Shown here: piece by piece, positions 50,252 to 64,000 of the stretch
How the letters are laid out: each line of letters begins with the position of its first letter
How positions within the stretch are numbered: position 1 is the first letter of the stretch
Assembly: GCA_964187785.1 (NCBI GenBank)
Contig: OZ076409.1
Location: 35,962,001 to 36,026,000 of the forward strand
Reading direction: 5' to 3'
Source of the DNA: Amphiscolops sp. MND2022
Taxonomy: Eukaryota
Length of the DNA: 64,000 nt
Notes under the pieces: generated by a model
Database searches by the model: none
What the model was told of the DNA's origin: nothing
The model's input: only the letters and a program-made list of their open reading frames with translations
Translations under genes and position numbers: made by a program

Positions 50252-53200
50252 TGCTAACGACTGACGAACTTGGAGAAGACAGTAATGTTAGCAAACTATT
50301 GAATTGTACGAAATCTTGCTTAATGGGAGTTTCTTCTGTTTTGGCAGATTACTTTAGTTTGGCAGGTTGTTGTTTTATGACGTAATTTAATCTTTCACAC
50401 TAACAATTTTCTCAGGGTATTTAATTACTATGAGGTAATTAGTTACATCAGCTCTACCACATTCCCCTTACTAATTAGGACGACAAAGGAGGAACTATAA
50501 TTTACACTGTAGGGCGCCATTTATACACACTACATACGTTTATATAAAATTGCTACATCATAATTAAACTCGGTGTTCATTGGCCATTCATCATCCAATA
50601 AGATCAGTACATTTAGATCATTCAGTCGTTGATGCTAGATTTTCCAACAAATTGATTTAGGGATTAATACAACACGGGTTAATGATATGGGTTACTACAA
50701 CACCATACGGTAAGAGCATTAAGAAACATGTGTTCCTTTGACAAACGAAGAACATAAAATTGGGTTAGCAGCAAAGTTAGTGTTTTAGCAGCAAAGTTAG
50801 TGTTTATGTTTAAGACTTCTTTATTTCATAAACACTAAGTGGACTTTCTTCATCTTGGCTTGATATTGCTTCGATTTTGGTGACCATCACATTTTGTCTC
50901 AACCAGTTGGGTTTTCGTTTGTTTCGCTTAGATGTTCTTGTCTGACCCATTTCCCTTTTAATTTCTCCTTTAATTGGCGGTACGTTGGTTTCTTCTATTC
51001 TCTGTCCGCTTGTGTGTGTTTTTTCTTCTGACTTCTCATTTTGTGCACGACTTTCGATTTCTTCTTTTGGTTTCTCAGCCATCTCTTTTTCTTACCTCTC
51101 TTTTTGTGATTCTTGTTCTATTTTTTGCTCTGTTGTCACTTGTCCCATTCCCATTTCTTGCTTCCACGAACTATTGACACTTTTGTCCACATTTGGCAGA
51201 TTTTTGGGATTCGGCAAAACTCGTAGTTTGGCAACTCATTGACTATTGGCGTTGTTCCAGTTTTTCTCTTCTTCTTCTTTTGCTTTGTTTCTGTTGCGTC
51301 TATTGCTGGCGTCTTCGCTACGTCTCTTTCCGATAGTGTGCAGCTCTTTCCTGTTTTTGGCAAAATTTTCAGCGTGTTTTCTGATTCGTTTACGATATTG
51401 CCCTTTACTTTCCTTAAGGGTCCTTCCAACTTTGTACCTCGTACACGCTCTCGCACAAGTATATTGAAATCTGCTTCTTCACTGAGGTCCTCTGGTTTGA
51501 TTTCTATCCGTGGGTCTTTGTCTAAAATACACTTTCCGATCAAAGCTGATTTCAGAGTATTAGGTTTTCTGCCCATATGACCCTCGAACGCTGATTTTCT
51601 ATCTACCCCTTTTTCTGAACTCAGTGCAAATAGGATATTTGATAATCCGCTTCTTTCGCGTTCCACTACTATCTTTTGTTTGTTCTTGGTCTTTCGTTGA
51701 TTGTGCGTATCATTCGTTCAACTTTTCCTTTCCCCCTATGATCCCTTACAGGACAAATGATATGTTCGGTAAAAGACTTTCCCCAAAATTGCTTGAACTT
51801 TTTGCTCTTAAACGCCGTACCTGGGTCTGTTCGTATTCGTTTTGGAATACTGTTCGTAGCTATATATTCTGCCAAAAACTCGATTACTCTATCAGTCGTG
51901 GGATTTGGTAAGAACAATGCGCTAGGCTGTCCTGAATGATTATCTACTGAATCCAACAATCATTTTTTTGTTTTATCGCACTCTGGAAAGGTCCCGCCAA
52001 ATCTAGTGAGATGTCTTCGTCCGGTTCATTTGTCTCTGGTAATTTTCCGAATTCGTTTCGAGATTTAATGGACTTCAAGTTCTTACCTGCTTCAAGGCAC
52101 TCTGTACACTTTTGAGCTTTTTCGAATAACTCCCAGTGGATGCGGGGCCACCACACATCTGCGGCTCCTCTTAGCCTTGCATCCCGGCCAGCATGGTCGG
52201 AGCTGATAGCACGAAGTAAATTTTCGCGCATATCCTTCGGAATTACCAGCCTCTGATCCATGAATAATAGCCCTTTTTCGTCTACGCTAAACTAATTGAA
52301 CTATTAAATTCTATGGAGGGGGAAGACGCGAAAATACTGCTACATTACGGTCTTTTACTAATCTAATGATTTCTTGAATTGTTATTTCCGATTCGTAATT
52401 TGCTTGGACATACACTTTCGAGCTGTTCCGCCAATGTTTCACTTTCTTGCAACTTGTCAACTCGTTTGCTCTGATTCAATTTGTGCAGAGGCGCGTGAAC
52501 TGTCAATACTTGCGTATTCAATTCTTTCTCACCGTTCGGCAATCTGATTGGTTTAGCCATATTTGTCCGCTTTACCTTATTTAGCGTTGGCGTAATTCCA
52601 TCATTTACATTAATTAAGAACCAATTATTGAACTCTTCTTACGCTTTTACTACATCTCCTTCGTATGGTGATGGATGTCGTGATAGGTAATCCGCCATAC
52701 CTAGCGTTCTCCCGGGCGTGTATACTAAGTTGAAATCGAACGGCAATAATCTGTCAACCCACCGGGTTAATCTACTTGAAACGGTTTTGTTTCCTTTGTT
52801 GGATTTTAAAACGCTTTGTAATACCTTGTGGTCCGATACCACACCAAAACGTACTCCGTATACATAATTTTTTGAAATTTTCAACTGACCACACCACAGC
52901 TAAAAGCTCAAGTTCGTTAATTGAATATTTTGTTTCCAGTTTTGTTAAAAAACGTGATGCGCATGAAATTGGTGTCCATTGATTCTCTTCACATTGTTGC
53001 AAAACCGCACCTAGTCTATGCTTACTTGCATCGCAGAATATTCGCAGCGGAATATTTCTCTTGAAATGTCTTAATTTGCCACCCATTTTACTTTGTCATT
53101 TACTTTCATGATTGCTTTTTCGTGCTCTGACGACCAATTCCACACGTCGTCTTTGTTCAGTATGGAGCGGAATGGAAAACAGATTGACGCAAGGTCCGCG

Positions 53201-55650
53201 ACGAATTCATTAAATTGATATACTGCGCCTAAAAATGATCTCAGCTCATTTAAATTTGTCGGTCTCATGTTTTCCGTTTTTGCTTGCACTTTTGAATTAA
53301 TCGGCGAAATGCCAGAACTTGTCATTTTGATGCCTAACCACCATTCAATCTCTTGTTTGGCATATTTACACTTTCCCGCCTTTAGCTGCAATTCAGCGTC
53401 ATCAATTACTTTTAAAAACTACCGCACTTTGTCTAAGTGTTCTTGCTTAGTTCCCTTAGTTACATTTAGAGTATCATCGATAAATAGAAACTCTTCTCCT
53501 ATTCTAGCTAATAAAATATCCATTACTTTTTGAAATTTTGTCGGCATAACCGTCAGACCATAAGAACCCGTAACAAATCTGTACGTTCCCATAGATTCTC
53601 CACCAATTATCTGGAAATTAAAATGCTTTGCGGTTAGTGGATGCAAATGAATTTGCCCATACGCATAGGTCATATCTAGTGTTGACTAACATGCTTCTCC
53701 ATTTTTGCTGTCTAGTTTTTCCGCTACCATGTCCAGCAAATTTTCTAATTTCATCTTTTGATATTTATCTCTTTCTATTTCTTGGTTAAGGGCTTGCATC
53801 TAACGCTATTTTTACTGAACGATCTTTCTTTACTGCGATTACTGCTGGCTGAATAAAAACATCATCTTTTGTTTCGTTTACTTTCTCGATATAGCCCTCT
53901 TTTAACAGTTTTTTATTTCCGCGTCTACGGCATTTTGTAATTGAATTGGGATTCGCCTCCCTTTTTGCTGGACAATTCTCGCATTTTCTTTTAGGTTAGT
54001 TCTTACTTGGTGGTTTTTTACTTTTCCGTTTCTCTCAAACAATTTTTGAATTCGCTAACAAACCTTTTTGTTTCCTCACAAAGTTCTTCGCTTTTTCAAC
54101 AGAATTTACTTCCGGCTTACCTTCAATTACTGGTTCGAATTTGTATCGTAACGTGGACAGCCATTCTCTGCCTATTATTGCCCTTGATCTTTTGCTTGTT
54201 ACTAAAATCTTTGCCTTCTTGATGAACTGATCTCCCACTTGCAATTGGCAAAATACGCATCCGAGTAAATTTAGATGGTTTCCGTTAAAATCCACATACT
54301 TTTTGCCCTTTATCATCTCTCGAACTTGTAACTTGTCACGTTTCATGAGTGACTTTAGCTCATCTGTGCGAAGATTGTTACCGGCGATCCTGAATCAATC
54401 ATGGTCTTAAAGTTGTTTCCATTTATGAAACCTTCCATGTAGTATGGTTTTGAATTTTCTTCCTCGCCTTCCACATTCAGCACCATGTAGCTCTCATCTT
54501 CCTCGTCATCCTCATCTTGGTCGACCAAATGGACACGTTTGTTGAATTGATCTCGAACGCCATTGGCTCGTGATTTGGCAAAGTGCTGAGCGTTGTCTTT
54601 TCTTTTCTGATTGCACACTCTTTCTAATTGGCCTTTTCTGCCGCAGTAATTGCATTTCGCGTCAGCTGCTTTACACATTTTTACGTGATCGAGTGTGTAA
54701 TTTCCTGCGCCGCATCTCCAGCATTCTCTGTTGTTTTGGCGATTTCCACTAATTGCACATACTGGTTCTTCTTTCACCTTTGCTTCCTGACTGATGTAAC
54801 CATACGTCTTTTGCCTCATCAAATCATTCTCGAAGACAATTGCAAACTGAAGCGCAACCAAAGGGTTTTCCTTTGGCTCGCTGCAGTTTTTTTGGACTTG
54901 CTTATTTGACATATTTAAAATAAAGATGTCGTATACCAGTCCTTCTGTCTGATTTCCGAGGTCGCACTTTGCAGCTCTAAGCCATTTAGCACATTCCAAA
55001 ATTGAAGCAGAGTTTCCGATGGTTTCTACTTCCTTGACAAGAACGTATGTCGATCCAATGTTCTGTTCCTTCGCATCTGGAAAAATGCGTCACAATTTTG
55101 GAGGAGGATGTTTAACTGAATCAACAAGATGTTTTTTGGGAAATTTATCCATTAACATCTTTCTGCCAGTTTTGCCAATAGAAATGTACAGAAGTCTCGT
55201 CACTTTTCTTTTTGCTGGCTCCAGTTCCAGATTTCCCACTAGTGCTGCACTTCGGGGTTTCTCTGATCTTCTTCACGAATTAACTCTGACACAGAAATGG
55301 AATGACGGGCAAGGACGGCTACCTCGAACAACTGCACCCACTGTTCCCACTCGTATCTTGGGGTTTTGTCTGCTTCCTGCCAGAAGTAATGAAATTTGAA
55401 TTTTCATCGGTTTCATTCGATGAACTAGCTCGCAGCGCCATGTTAACGACTGACGAACTTGGAGAAAACAGTAATGTTAGCAAACTATTGAATTGTACGT
55501 AATCTTGTTTAATGGCAGTTTCTTCTGTTTTGCCAGTTTACTTTATTTTGGCAGGTTGTTATTTTATGACGTAATTTAATCTTTCACACTAACAGTTTTC
55601 TCATGGTATTTAATTACAATGAGGTAATTAGTTACATCAGCTCTACCACT
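50252..55650 (-). mobile_element. Decayed Ty3/Gypsy LTR retrotransposon in intron 2 of the GNAT gene
   Basis: LTRs 50252-50461 and 55441-55650, TSD GAATT, PPT at 50462-50469, PBS TGGCGCTGCGAGC at 55440-55428. Confidence 0.93.
50810..55300 (-). pseudogene. Fragmented Gypsy gag-pol
   Basis: CWRCG/CNYCG knuckles, IDSGS protease, FIDD RT, FCDAS/ELELLAV RNase H, and HAGR...CTEC, LDLAGP, TDPG integrase motifs, with many frameshifts. Confidence 0.92.
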
Positions 55651-55876
55651 GAATTAATTCCTAATAGCCATTATTGCAGATATTTGTCCTATTTGACTAT
55701 TTCTGACCCGATAAAGTCTTGAACTAATAACGTTGATGAGGTGTTCACAAAAATGTTTCAACAATGCTGCTTTTTGGTACCAAATTTGGAGCAATTTGCA
55801 GTACGAAAATAAGCAAAACTATTTAAATTATTTTTCTGAAACCTTTTGGAACACATTTATTTTCGGTGGTGCTGAC

Positions 55877-56137
55877 CTTAGCAATGAAGTCATCGATTCC
55901 CGCGGAGAACTCTTCGTCATCTGAATCGTCCTCAGATCCCTCCTCGCTGTCCTCTGCCTCGTCATCCTCTTCGTCCGAGTAGACAGAGGCGTACTTGCTG
56001 TTCCTACAGTTGGGACACACCTTCTTGGCAACCTCCTCTTCCTCCTCCGTGAAGGGCTTCACCACCTGTCTCAGGAAATGGCTCTCAGACAGACGCTGCT
56101 CACCCTCAGACAACAGGTGCTGTGTCTCTCCGTCACC
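55877..56137 (-). CDS. Middle exon of the GNAT gene (CxxC plus acidic tract)
   Basis: TTAG acceptor and AAG|GT donor, both in phase 0. Encodes CPNC and a D/E-rich run. Confidence 0.75.
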
Positions 56138-56660
56138 CTAACAACACCTATTATTTTACCCCACGAGTGAACATGTATTTATACGGAATGTTTTTGTGCT
56201 TGAGAGAAAAATAATCGGGTAAGGCGCTTTTTACATTAACTATAAGAAAATAGCAAAGTTTGTATTCGTGTGCTTTATTCGGCGCTTTCAAATTTCTTTG
56301 AAATTACATTTTTGTGAAAATTTCAATGTGAAAATGTATGACGGCAGCCGCATTTCATTGAGCAAATTCTTAAACGCGAATGTGTCTTCAAGTGGAATGA
56401 AATGTAATTCCTCAGAACCAGCTCTGTGAAAAAGGTTTGAAAAGAACCACGCGTGCTGAAAGATATTCTGAATTACCTGAATTTGGAACTCATTTTTTAC
56501 AAAATGCGGAAAATCGTTTAAAAAAGTCATTTTCCATGTTCATTTTAATGTTGGTGAGTGGAAATTTTGTTGAAAAGCAACCTGAATACATTTCTTTTTT
56601 GAACCTCGAGAACGTTTTACACTCTTCTAGGAAAAATGAATTGACAGTTCAACTATTTAC

Positions 56661-57032
56661 CCCAGGGGGCACACTGGTGCTTTCCTTGGATGAAGTTGGA
56701 GCTTCTCTGTCTAACTCTGGTTCACACTTATATTGCGCACACATCTGTTCCAGAGCAGCTTCCGGAGACAATAAAAGAATCATAGTTCTGGCATTTCTGT
56801 CGCAAATTGACGAGTAAAGCACATCTGGCTCTATATTGGGCAAGTAAGAGTTATACAATGCCACTATGGCATGCAAAACGTCTTGATCTTTCTCGTGCTT
56901 ATCTATGATCTTCGCGTTACTTCGAATAACTTTGCGATATTCAATGGATAAACATTGGACTGTCACTTCAGGGAGGTCTGAATTTGGGTCGAAAGTGTGT
57001 GTGCCTAGGTCTTCTCTAATTGGACGTGGCAT
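56661..57032 (-). CDS. First (or upstream) coding exon of the GNAT gene
   Basis: ATG at 57032, with an acceptor at 57097 suggesting a further upstream exon. GGG|GTAAAT donor in phase 0. IVALYNSYLPNIEPDVL resembles the GCN5 HAT N-terminal helix region. Confidence 0.72.
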
Positions 57033-57689
57033 TATTTGACGTGCGATTTGAGGTGAACCATGGGTAGTAACAAGAAATTCTCCAGATGAAACTGTGCTGT
57101 AAGACAAAATTTGTTACATTGACAGTCAGACGGACAAACAGATGAAATTTTATAAAATCCTTTGAAACAGTCTTTGCATAAATTGTATTTTTCAACACGT
57201 GCTATTTTTGTTATGCAGAATGCATGCAGTTAAAGCTGTGCAAAAGCAAAGCAACTAGCAGAGCATTGCAGTTCAGAATGAGTCACCTTTTCACAAAGCA
57301 TTGATGAAGCAAAAGTTTGTCAAAATATTTTACCAAAAGTTGAAAACCACGTAAAAACGACCGAATTCCTCGCAATTGAATATTGCTGACAGTAATTGTA
57401 CTGTAGGAACCGATTTGCATTTGTAACAACATTTTTAAATAATCTGTATGAAATATGGTTGCAGAAAAATCCATTAAAAGTTTGATGACAAAACGCAAGA
57501 GAAGCAAGTAGCACTTCTCCAATTAACATCTAGTCCAAGATGCTTTCATTTGATGCATTTCAGATGATACTTTCGCTATCTTAGTCGAGGCTTTATGAAA
57601 TAAAACGCTACTGTTACTGTGGCTTTTCGTGGATTTATATTTTTTCAAACCGATCGAAGTGGCCAAAAGTTTTGCAAGAATTCTAAAAT

Positions 57690-57999
57690 GCGCCTAAGAT
57701 CTAAAGGGGGCCAATATAATTCAAAGGGTCCTCTTTTTCATTTTAACATTTTTATTCACATTAAAAAGCTAATGTAGGTTTTTTGGCTTTTTAGAGAAAC
57801 TTTTTTATTTTACAGAAAGAGTCAATGGGTCCTATCTTTAATTTTTGACCTTTTCATTCGTGACTTTTTCTCACACGACCTTTTTCGTCACTGTGAGATT
57901 TTGGGATTTTTTTCAAAAAAACAGTTCCTTCACGATTTGAAAGTCCTTGCGCTTTTTGAGCCTTAGCGGGGCACCGACTTGTTCGGTTTCCGGTTTGTT
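57690..57999 (+). mobile_element. Degenerate family 1 Helentron-like fragment (opposite orientation)
   Basis: GCGCTTTTTGAGCCTTAG...CCGACTT...TTGTT is the reverse complement of the family 1 terminus. The left boundary is approximate. Confidence 0.55.
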
Positions 58000-58120
58000 A
58001 TTCTACTAGAAATTTAGTACATTTCAGTTTCAAAGTGCATTCGAAGTGGTCAAAAAGGTTTCTGGGACCTTATCGCAAAAATGTTCCATTTTAGTCGTGT
58101 TGGTATTCTGTGATTGTTGT

Positions 58121-60608
58121 TTTCCGCCCATACTCCATGTGAGAAAAGAAACTATTTGAATCAGTCGCGTTTCACCAAGTTCAAGTGCTCTACCCATAGA
58201 ATTCAACTGATGTAAACTTAGTTTTATGCGATATGTATTTGTAGAGATTTTTGAACTTATTTGGTTGACCCAACAGATATTCTGTTACCCAAAAAGAACA
58301 AAAACTGCGAAATTTTACATTTTAAAGGCTTTTATGCAATTTTTGTCAAAATTTTCAGTAGACTTTTGGCTTAAAATGTTAAAAACCTTCAACAAGGAAA
58401 GAATTTGTTATTCAAGAGGTTTTTCGGTAGAAACAAATGCAGTCATTCGATAAAAAGCTTCAAAGTGGGACCGAAATTTAAAAAAAATTACAAAAAACTC
58501 AGGCTATCAACGTTTTATGCTATATTTGTCAAATTTTTCATAGACTTAGTGACTACGGAAGTTAAAACGTTCAACAAAGAAAAATTTGTTAGGCATTAGA
58601 CTTTTGTCAAGAGATAAATTCATTTCTTTGATCAAAAAGCCTCACATAGACGCAAAAACAACAAAAATCTAAGTTTTTCTCAATTCTGTCGTTTTTCACA
58701 TAATTGGTGTAAAACTTCTGACCATTCTGATGAGCTAGAGTGTTCAAATTGTTCAAGGACAAAAAAGCAGGTACACAGTATGCCTTTTTGCTTCAAAAAC
58801 ACTTCGAAATGACTCCCGATGAGACAAAAAAAGGTCAAACTCGTTATTTTCATCCTTTTTTATGCAATTTTGTGAATTTTCGGGATTACTTCGTAGTCAG
58901 AATGTTGAAAACGTCCAAACGTGAACAAAAGTTGTCTCAAGTAAGCTTCCTGCATGCTTATATCAGAAATCTTTCTGTTTGGCCCGAAAAATCGAAAAGA
59001 ACACACTTGACACTTTCATAATTTTTGTGCAATTTATGGATAAATATTTACAAATAGATAGCAATGTAGGCTCCAAATGGAGTATCTAGCCAAGCAGTAC
59101 GCCCTCACAGAAAAGTTGACTGTTTTCTAGAAAAAACAGCACCACAAGTTGACGAAAACAGTTTCCATTTTGCAAAATGTGTAAACTTTTCGAGAAGTTT
59201 CCTTTTTCAGACTATTAAAAACATTCAACAACGAACAAATGCCGTATCAAGTGGGCTTTTTGCAAAAGTAGATTTTTTTGTAACAAAAGTGCCTCAAAAT
59301 GACCCCAAACAAGTCAAAAATATCTAAATTTTTGATAAATTCAGTAATTTTTAAATCAATTTTGGAAAAAGTTGGTAAGTTGTAGGCTTCAAAAAGTTTC
59401 AAACAATACGACTAGGTTCGCAGTACGATTTCAAAACAGAAATCTGCCTTTTTCAAAGGAAAAACTCACTAAAACTCGAACTGAAAAAAAAAACAAAATT
59501 TCAAGATTCTGAGGTTTTCATGCAGTTTTCCTGTAAAATTTTTGAGCAATTTGGTGGCAAACAAAACTCAGCAAGGATCAAACTAGGTATTCAGTAGTCG
59601 TTTCTGAAGGTATGAATACAAGTTCTTGTTAGAAATGGCCGCTAAAATACCCAAACACCAAAATATTACAAAAAACTCGTTTTTTTGAATCTAAATGCCA
59701 ATTTTTGGTCAATTCACGATCTTTTTTGTTGAATCACGTTTTTCAATAACCTGAACGTTGAAATTAGGCTATTCAAAATACTACTTGGGAGTGACACGGC
59801 AAAAGCTTTGAGAACCCAACCCTCGAATTCGAGAACGAAGAAGTCAAAATTTCAGCAGTTTCTCATTTATCGACCACATAGTCCCAGTTTTGAACTTTTA
59901 ACAAAATACATAGGCTCAAGGACGACACATGTAGCTACCAACCAGTACGGGTTTCGAAAAAAGATGCACCACTGCAAAATTGATTAAATCGTTTAAAAAA
60001 ATTTCGATCGTTTTGTTAATTATTGTTTATTCATTAGGCTTCAAACGGAATAAGTATCTACGAAGTACGCGTTTCAGAAAAAAAATTCGAAGTTTGCTGG
60101 TAGAAAAAAAGCGCAAAAATACTTTTATAAATCCAGAAGTGTTTGACGTTTTCATGCACCATCCGTAGATTTTTTAAGCTATTTCGTGGCTTACAATTGT
60201 GTAGATATTTGCCATCGACTAAATCCTGTAGCCAGTAGATATTAGGGAAGAGATATGTGCAAGTTCTTTTTTGAGAAGTGCGTCAAAATGACCCAAAGAT
60301 GTCTAATTGTCAAATTTTTGCTTTTTTGAAATTTTTAGTGACTTGTGTGTATTGAAATATAAAAAATTTGGTAGTGTTAGGTACCGGTTTTCTCTTAGTT
60401 TAACAACAAAACAATTCGGTACTGTGCGTATTTTTAAATCAGTGTTTCCGTTAAAATGGGATAAGATGATCGAAAAGTGTCAAAACTTTCTTTTCTTCAA
60501 ACTTCTAGGCTTTTTCATAGTGCATTGACTGCTTTTGAACCGCAGAATCATGTCGTAGCAGGTCAGTTTGGGGTGGAAAATATCCCGCTGGTTAGCGGGC
60601 GTCTTGTT
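58121..60608 (+). mobile_element. Helentron-like element, family 2
   Basis: Both ends are homologous to 14888-17832. CCCGCT..AGCGGG stem-loop and CTTGTT end. Confidence 0.65.
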
Positions 60609-61686
60609 TCCAGATCTGTTTTTGTTTCTTTCTAAAAAAAATAATTTATTGCGGCGCTTGCTTCAGTGATGCCAATAACGTTTCACAGCATTCCAGGAAG
60701 TCTTAGAGCTGAGTTTCACAGCGCCGTTTCGTTTTCTGCGCAGTAAGCGACAAGTTGTCAGTTTGACTGAGTTCTACCTGGGTTTTAGACTAGGTCTCAT
60801 TTTTATTGACACCAGAAACTGATTGAAAACTATAACAGCAGTTTTTTCAGACTGCAAAAGAAAATGAAAAGACGGATGATTAAAAACGAGGGGAGCCGCA
60901 TTTCATTGAACACAACCTTTACCGATATCTTCGATGTTTCGGTAACATTTCTGTTACTTTTCACTCCAAAATTCTCATGGAGAATAGCATTCAACCACAA
61001 CTGTCAAACTATTTCTACGAAAACTTCATAAGCTGTTATTCTACCTGCTTTTTTTCATTTTCTCATGGCTTTTTGGCAATGTCCCAATAATCTTAGTTTT
61101 TTTTCAATGACTGAAAGACAATGTTGAGTAAGAAGAAAAGTTGAAACCAAAATGAAATTGTCATTAGATCAAACGGTTGTTGCATGTTTTTGTTACCGTT
61201 TTTGGCGTTACTCTCCGGAATAAATTAAAGCTCCAAGGAAAATCCTGAGCCGTGTTTAACAATTTTCTCTCATTTAAAATCGTTTTCTCACTGTTCTAGC
61301 TACAAATGAAAAACTTCTCATTTCGCAAGGTTTTTCAGTAATTAGTGGCATCGTTTGGTGCAATTGGATGGAACTAGTTTATACCATTTACCAATGACTT
61401 TATCACAACATAACAAATCTTTGCTAAAACTAAAAGCAAATGAATGAGAGAACAAAACGATCAGGATAGTTACTTTTCAAGTTTTATTCCTTTATCTTTA
61501 TTAAAATCTAGAGCTTCCCAAATTTTTGAATACAAAGCTTTTTTATGCCAACCAGCAAGCAATCCAGTGAAACTGGAACGAATTTAGGTTTGCAAGGAAC
61601 GTTCATTAGACTGTAGCGTGAGCGGAGAGTCGAAATACAAAAAAAAGTTTAGATAAATAAATAAAAAGACTACGGGTGAAGTCATT

Positions 61687-64000
61687 GTTCTATTTCTGCT
61701 TGTTAAGATAGAAACGATGTCAGTACTGATTTCTGTTTTATGCCAAACTGTACGTTGATTATAGGTTAGCAACTATGGTTCCTTAATGAAACTAATCTAG
61801 TATACATATGTATATAAATATGTATAAACAAAAAGATGAACAATTATAGTTTGTTGGTGAATGTTCTTTTTCAGTTTGATTTGCATTTCATTGAACCGAA
61901 TGATTCGGACACGGTACTTCACAGTATGACATTCCCCCCTTCTGGGCTTCTCTTTCACATCGTGGGAGTTCCTGGCATCGGGCTCATTTCTCTTTGAAAG
62001 TCAGCTGGTTTCGGTAGTGCTGATATTAAACTGTTTCGGTTAGATCCTGAAACAGAGCATATCTTTTTGTTTATCATACCCAGAAGGTTTTTGTATATCG
62101 TACCCCCCCCGTATATATTCGGTTGCATACATTTTCGGTTTGATCTTCTGACAGATGATTTTTCGGTTTCTAAATATATTTTTTCTTTCTCACCTGTAGG
62201 CATTTCACCGTCAGTTTGCAGTTTCAATTCGTCTTCGAGGTTTGTGTTGATCGGCTTGTACCCGTTCCTTTCGGATGTATCCGGAGTTTCCATTTCAAAG
62301 TCACTTTCCTCGTCAATTTCGCCTTCTTCACTTTCTGACTCCGATTCGGACTTGCGTGTCCGGCTTTGGATAATTTTCAGTTTTCCATTGAGTATGTAGC
62401 GAAGTATTTCGTTCCACTGAATATATTTCCCGTCGACGCCTCGGAGGCAATGTCAATTCTTCGGTGTGATTTTGTCTCCGATTTGCGGTGCCTGTTCTTT
62501 CTTCTTTTCGGTCTGAAATACAATTGGTCTCGAAATGTGTTTTCGGTGAATTACTTTTCCACTCACGGTGGTTACGGTATGTTCAGTTCCGCTTACTGCG
62601 GTTTGGATTTTCTTTTGAAACTTTCCTTCTAGTGATTTTCTATTGTAGTTTTTTTCTACAAATTGAGAGGGATTTGTAGACCGAATTTTTGTTTTTCGGT
62701 TGTTTGTCCACCGCATTTCCCTCGGCTTTAGTCTTTGCCTAGACCAGGTAATTTGTAACATTCCCTTCTTCATCTCTCGATAAATAAATTGGGATTTTTG
62801 GCTTTTTCTCAGCTGTAACAATTAGTTCGGTCCAATCAGAGAGGAATGATTTACCATCTTTAACCAGATTGGTTATTTCGGTTCGCGGCTTCCTACCGTG
62901 ATGTAATTCGAATTGCGTTAATTTCAATCCGGTGTGTATTGTGAATCGCATTACTTTTAATGCTCTATTTACGCATTCGGTCAGGCATAAATCACCTTCT
63001 GAATTACCCACTATTAAAATCTTCATGGTTTGTATTGCGCGTTCTACTGCTCCCGTACCGGTATGTATTCTTGGTGTGCAGTATTCTATTTCGATGTTTT
63101 TCGATTTACAGAATTTGATGTAATCTTTTGAGATAAATGCTCCCCCTTTATCCGATTTGATCTTTTCCGGTATTCCGTACAAATTAAAGTTTTGTTCTGT
63201 GAAATTAATCACCTCTTTCGCTTCGGATGTTTTGCAAGTTTTTACAGTCGGCCATTTGTTAAATCTGTCTACCGCAATCAGTAGCTAATTCTCTCGGTTC
63301 ATTTTTCTGTTGTGTAATTTTCCAGTGAAATCAATTTGGATTTTTTGTCTCGGTTCAATATGTGTTTTCAATTTTCCGCTCTCGTTTTTCGGTATTTGGT
63401 ATTTTAAATTCTTACCAGATGATAGGCAGTCTATACAATTTTTGACTTTGTCCTCGATGTCTTTGTGAATATTCGGCACCAGAAGATTTTTGCCCCGGCT
63501 ATCATGTTGGTGGTTCCGGCATATCCAAAGTGTAAAGTATCCAATAGCTTTTTTCAGAGCTCGGTTGCTACGATAATTTTGTCATATACAAATGTTAATC
63601 CCCTTTTTGTTGAGATGTTTTCAAATTGTTGTCGGTAGTGTTTCGGCGCCATGCTGCGATCTTCTCTAGTTAGTGCTAGTTTGATCCGGTTTAACTCGGC
63701 GTCCGTTGCCAATTTTGCAATTAGACTTTTCAGGTCCAGCTTTTTAAATTGTTTTTTCGGTAGCTTTCTTTCTTTCCTTCGGTGACTACTCCGATTTTTT
63801 GGTTGAATTGCACGTAGTGCGCTTCTTTCCTTTCCGTGCTGTAATTTTTTAGGTCGACAATTGGTAGATTGTCTCCGCGTATGATTTGGCTCTCTCCTTC
63901 ACTCTCCGGGTCATTTTATTGTTCTTCCGGCGGTTGTTCTTCCATCTAAATGTGGTCCGGTTCTTCTACAGTTTCTTGGAGGGGTCGGTAGCCTCCCCCC
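61687..64000 (-). mobile_element. 3' part of a decayed Ty3/Gypsy element (integrase, PPT, 3' LTR)
   Basis: IQIDFTG, SDKGGAF and GAVERAIQTMK motifs. PPT at 61932-61941. The LTR edge ...TATGACA ends at 61931; the outer LTR boundary is a guess. Confidence 0.85.

Noticed and set aside
50810..51082. env-like ORFs at Gypsy 3' ends (also 21894-22244 and 61955-62293)
   Set aside because: Low-complexity hydrophilic tails with no signal peptide or transmembrane segment; they fit frameshifted integrase C-terminal tails.

Overview
AT-rich eukaryotic (animal-like) genomic DNA dominated by transposable elements, with spliceosomal GT-AG introns and no prokaryotic features such as CRISPR, operons or rRNA. 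It contains a nearly intact BEL/Pao LTR retrotransposon whose ~795-bp 5' LTR appears to encode an SGNH/GDSL-esterase-like protein. A young 8.6-kb non-autonomous LTR element has no gag/pol but carries a 330-aa ORF with three AT-hook motifs. There are three decayed Gypsy elements, two large solo LTRs that each carry the start of an ORF, two families of Helentron/DINE-1-like elements, several hAT and GG-ended MITEs with clear target-site duplications, and a 1.9-kb tandem duplication. Two putative host genes lie on the minus strand: a 3-exon GCN5-like GNAT acetyltransferase and a small single-pass membrane protein. The best novelty candidates are the LTR-encoded SGNH ORF (6712-7233) and the AT-hook-carrying LTR element (38095-46724). 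All calls were made by eye, without database searches.
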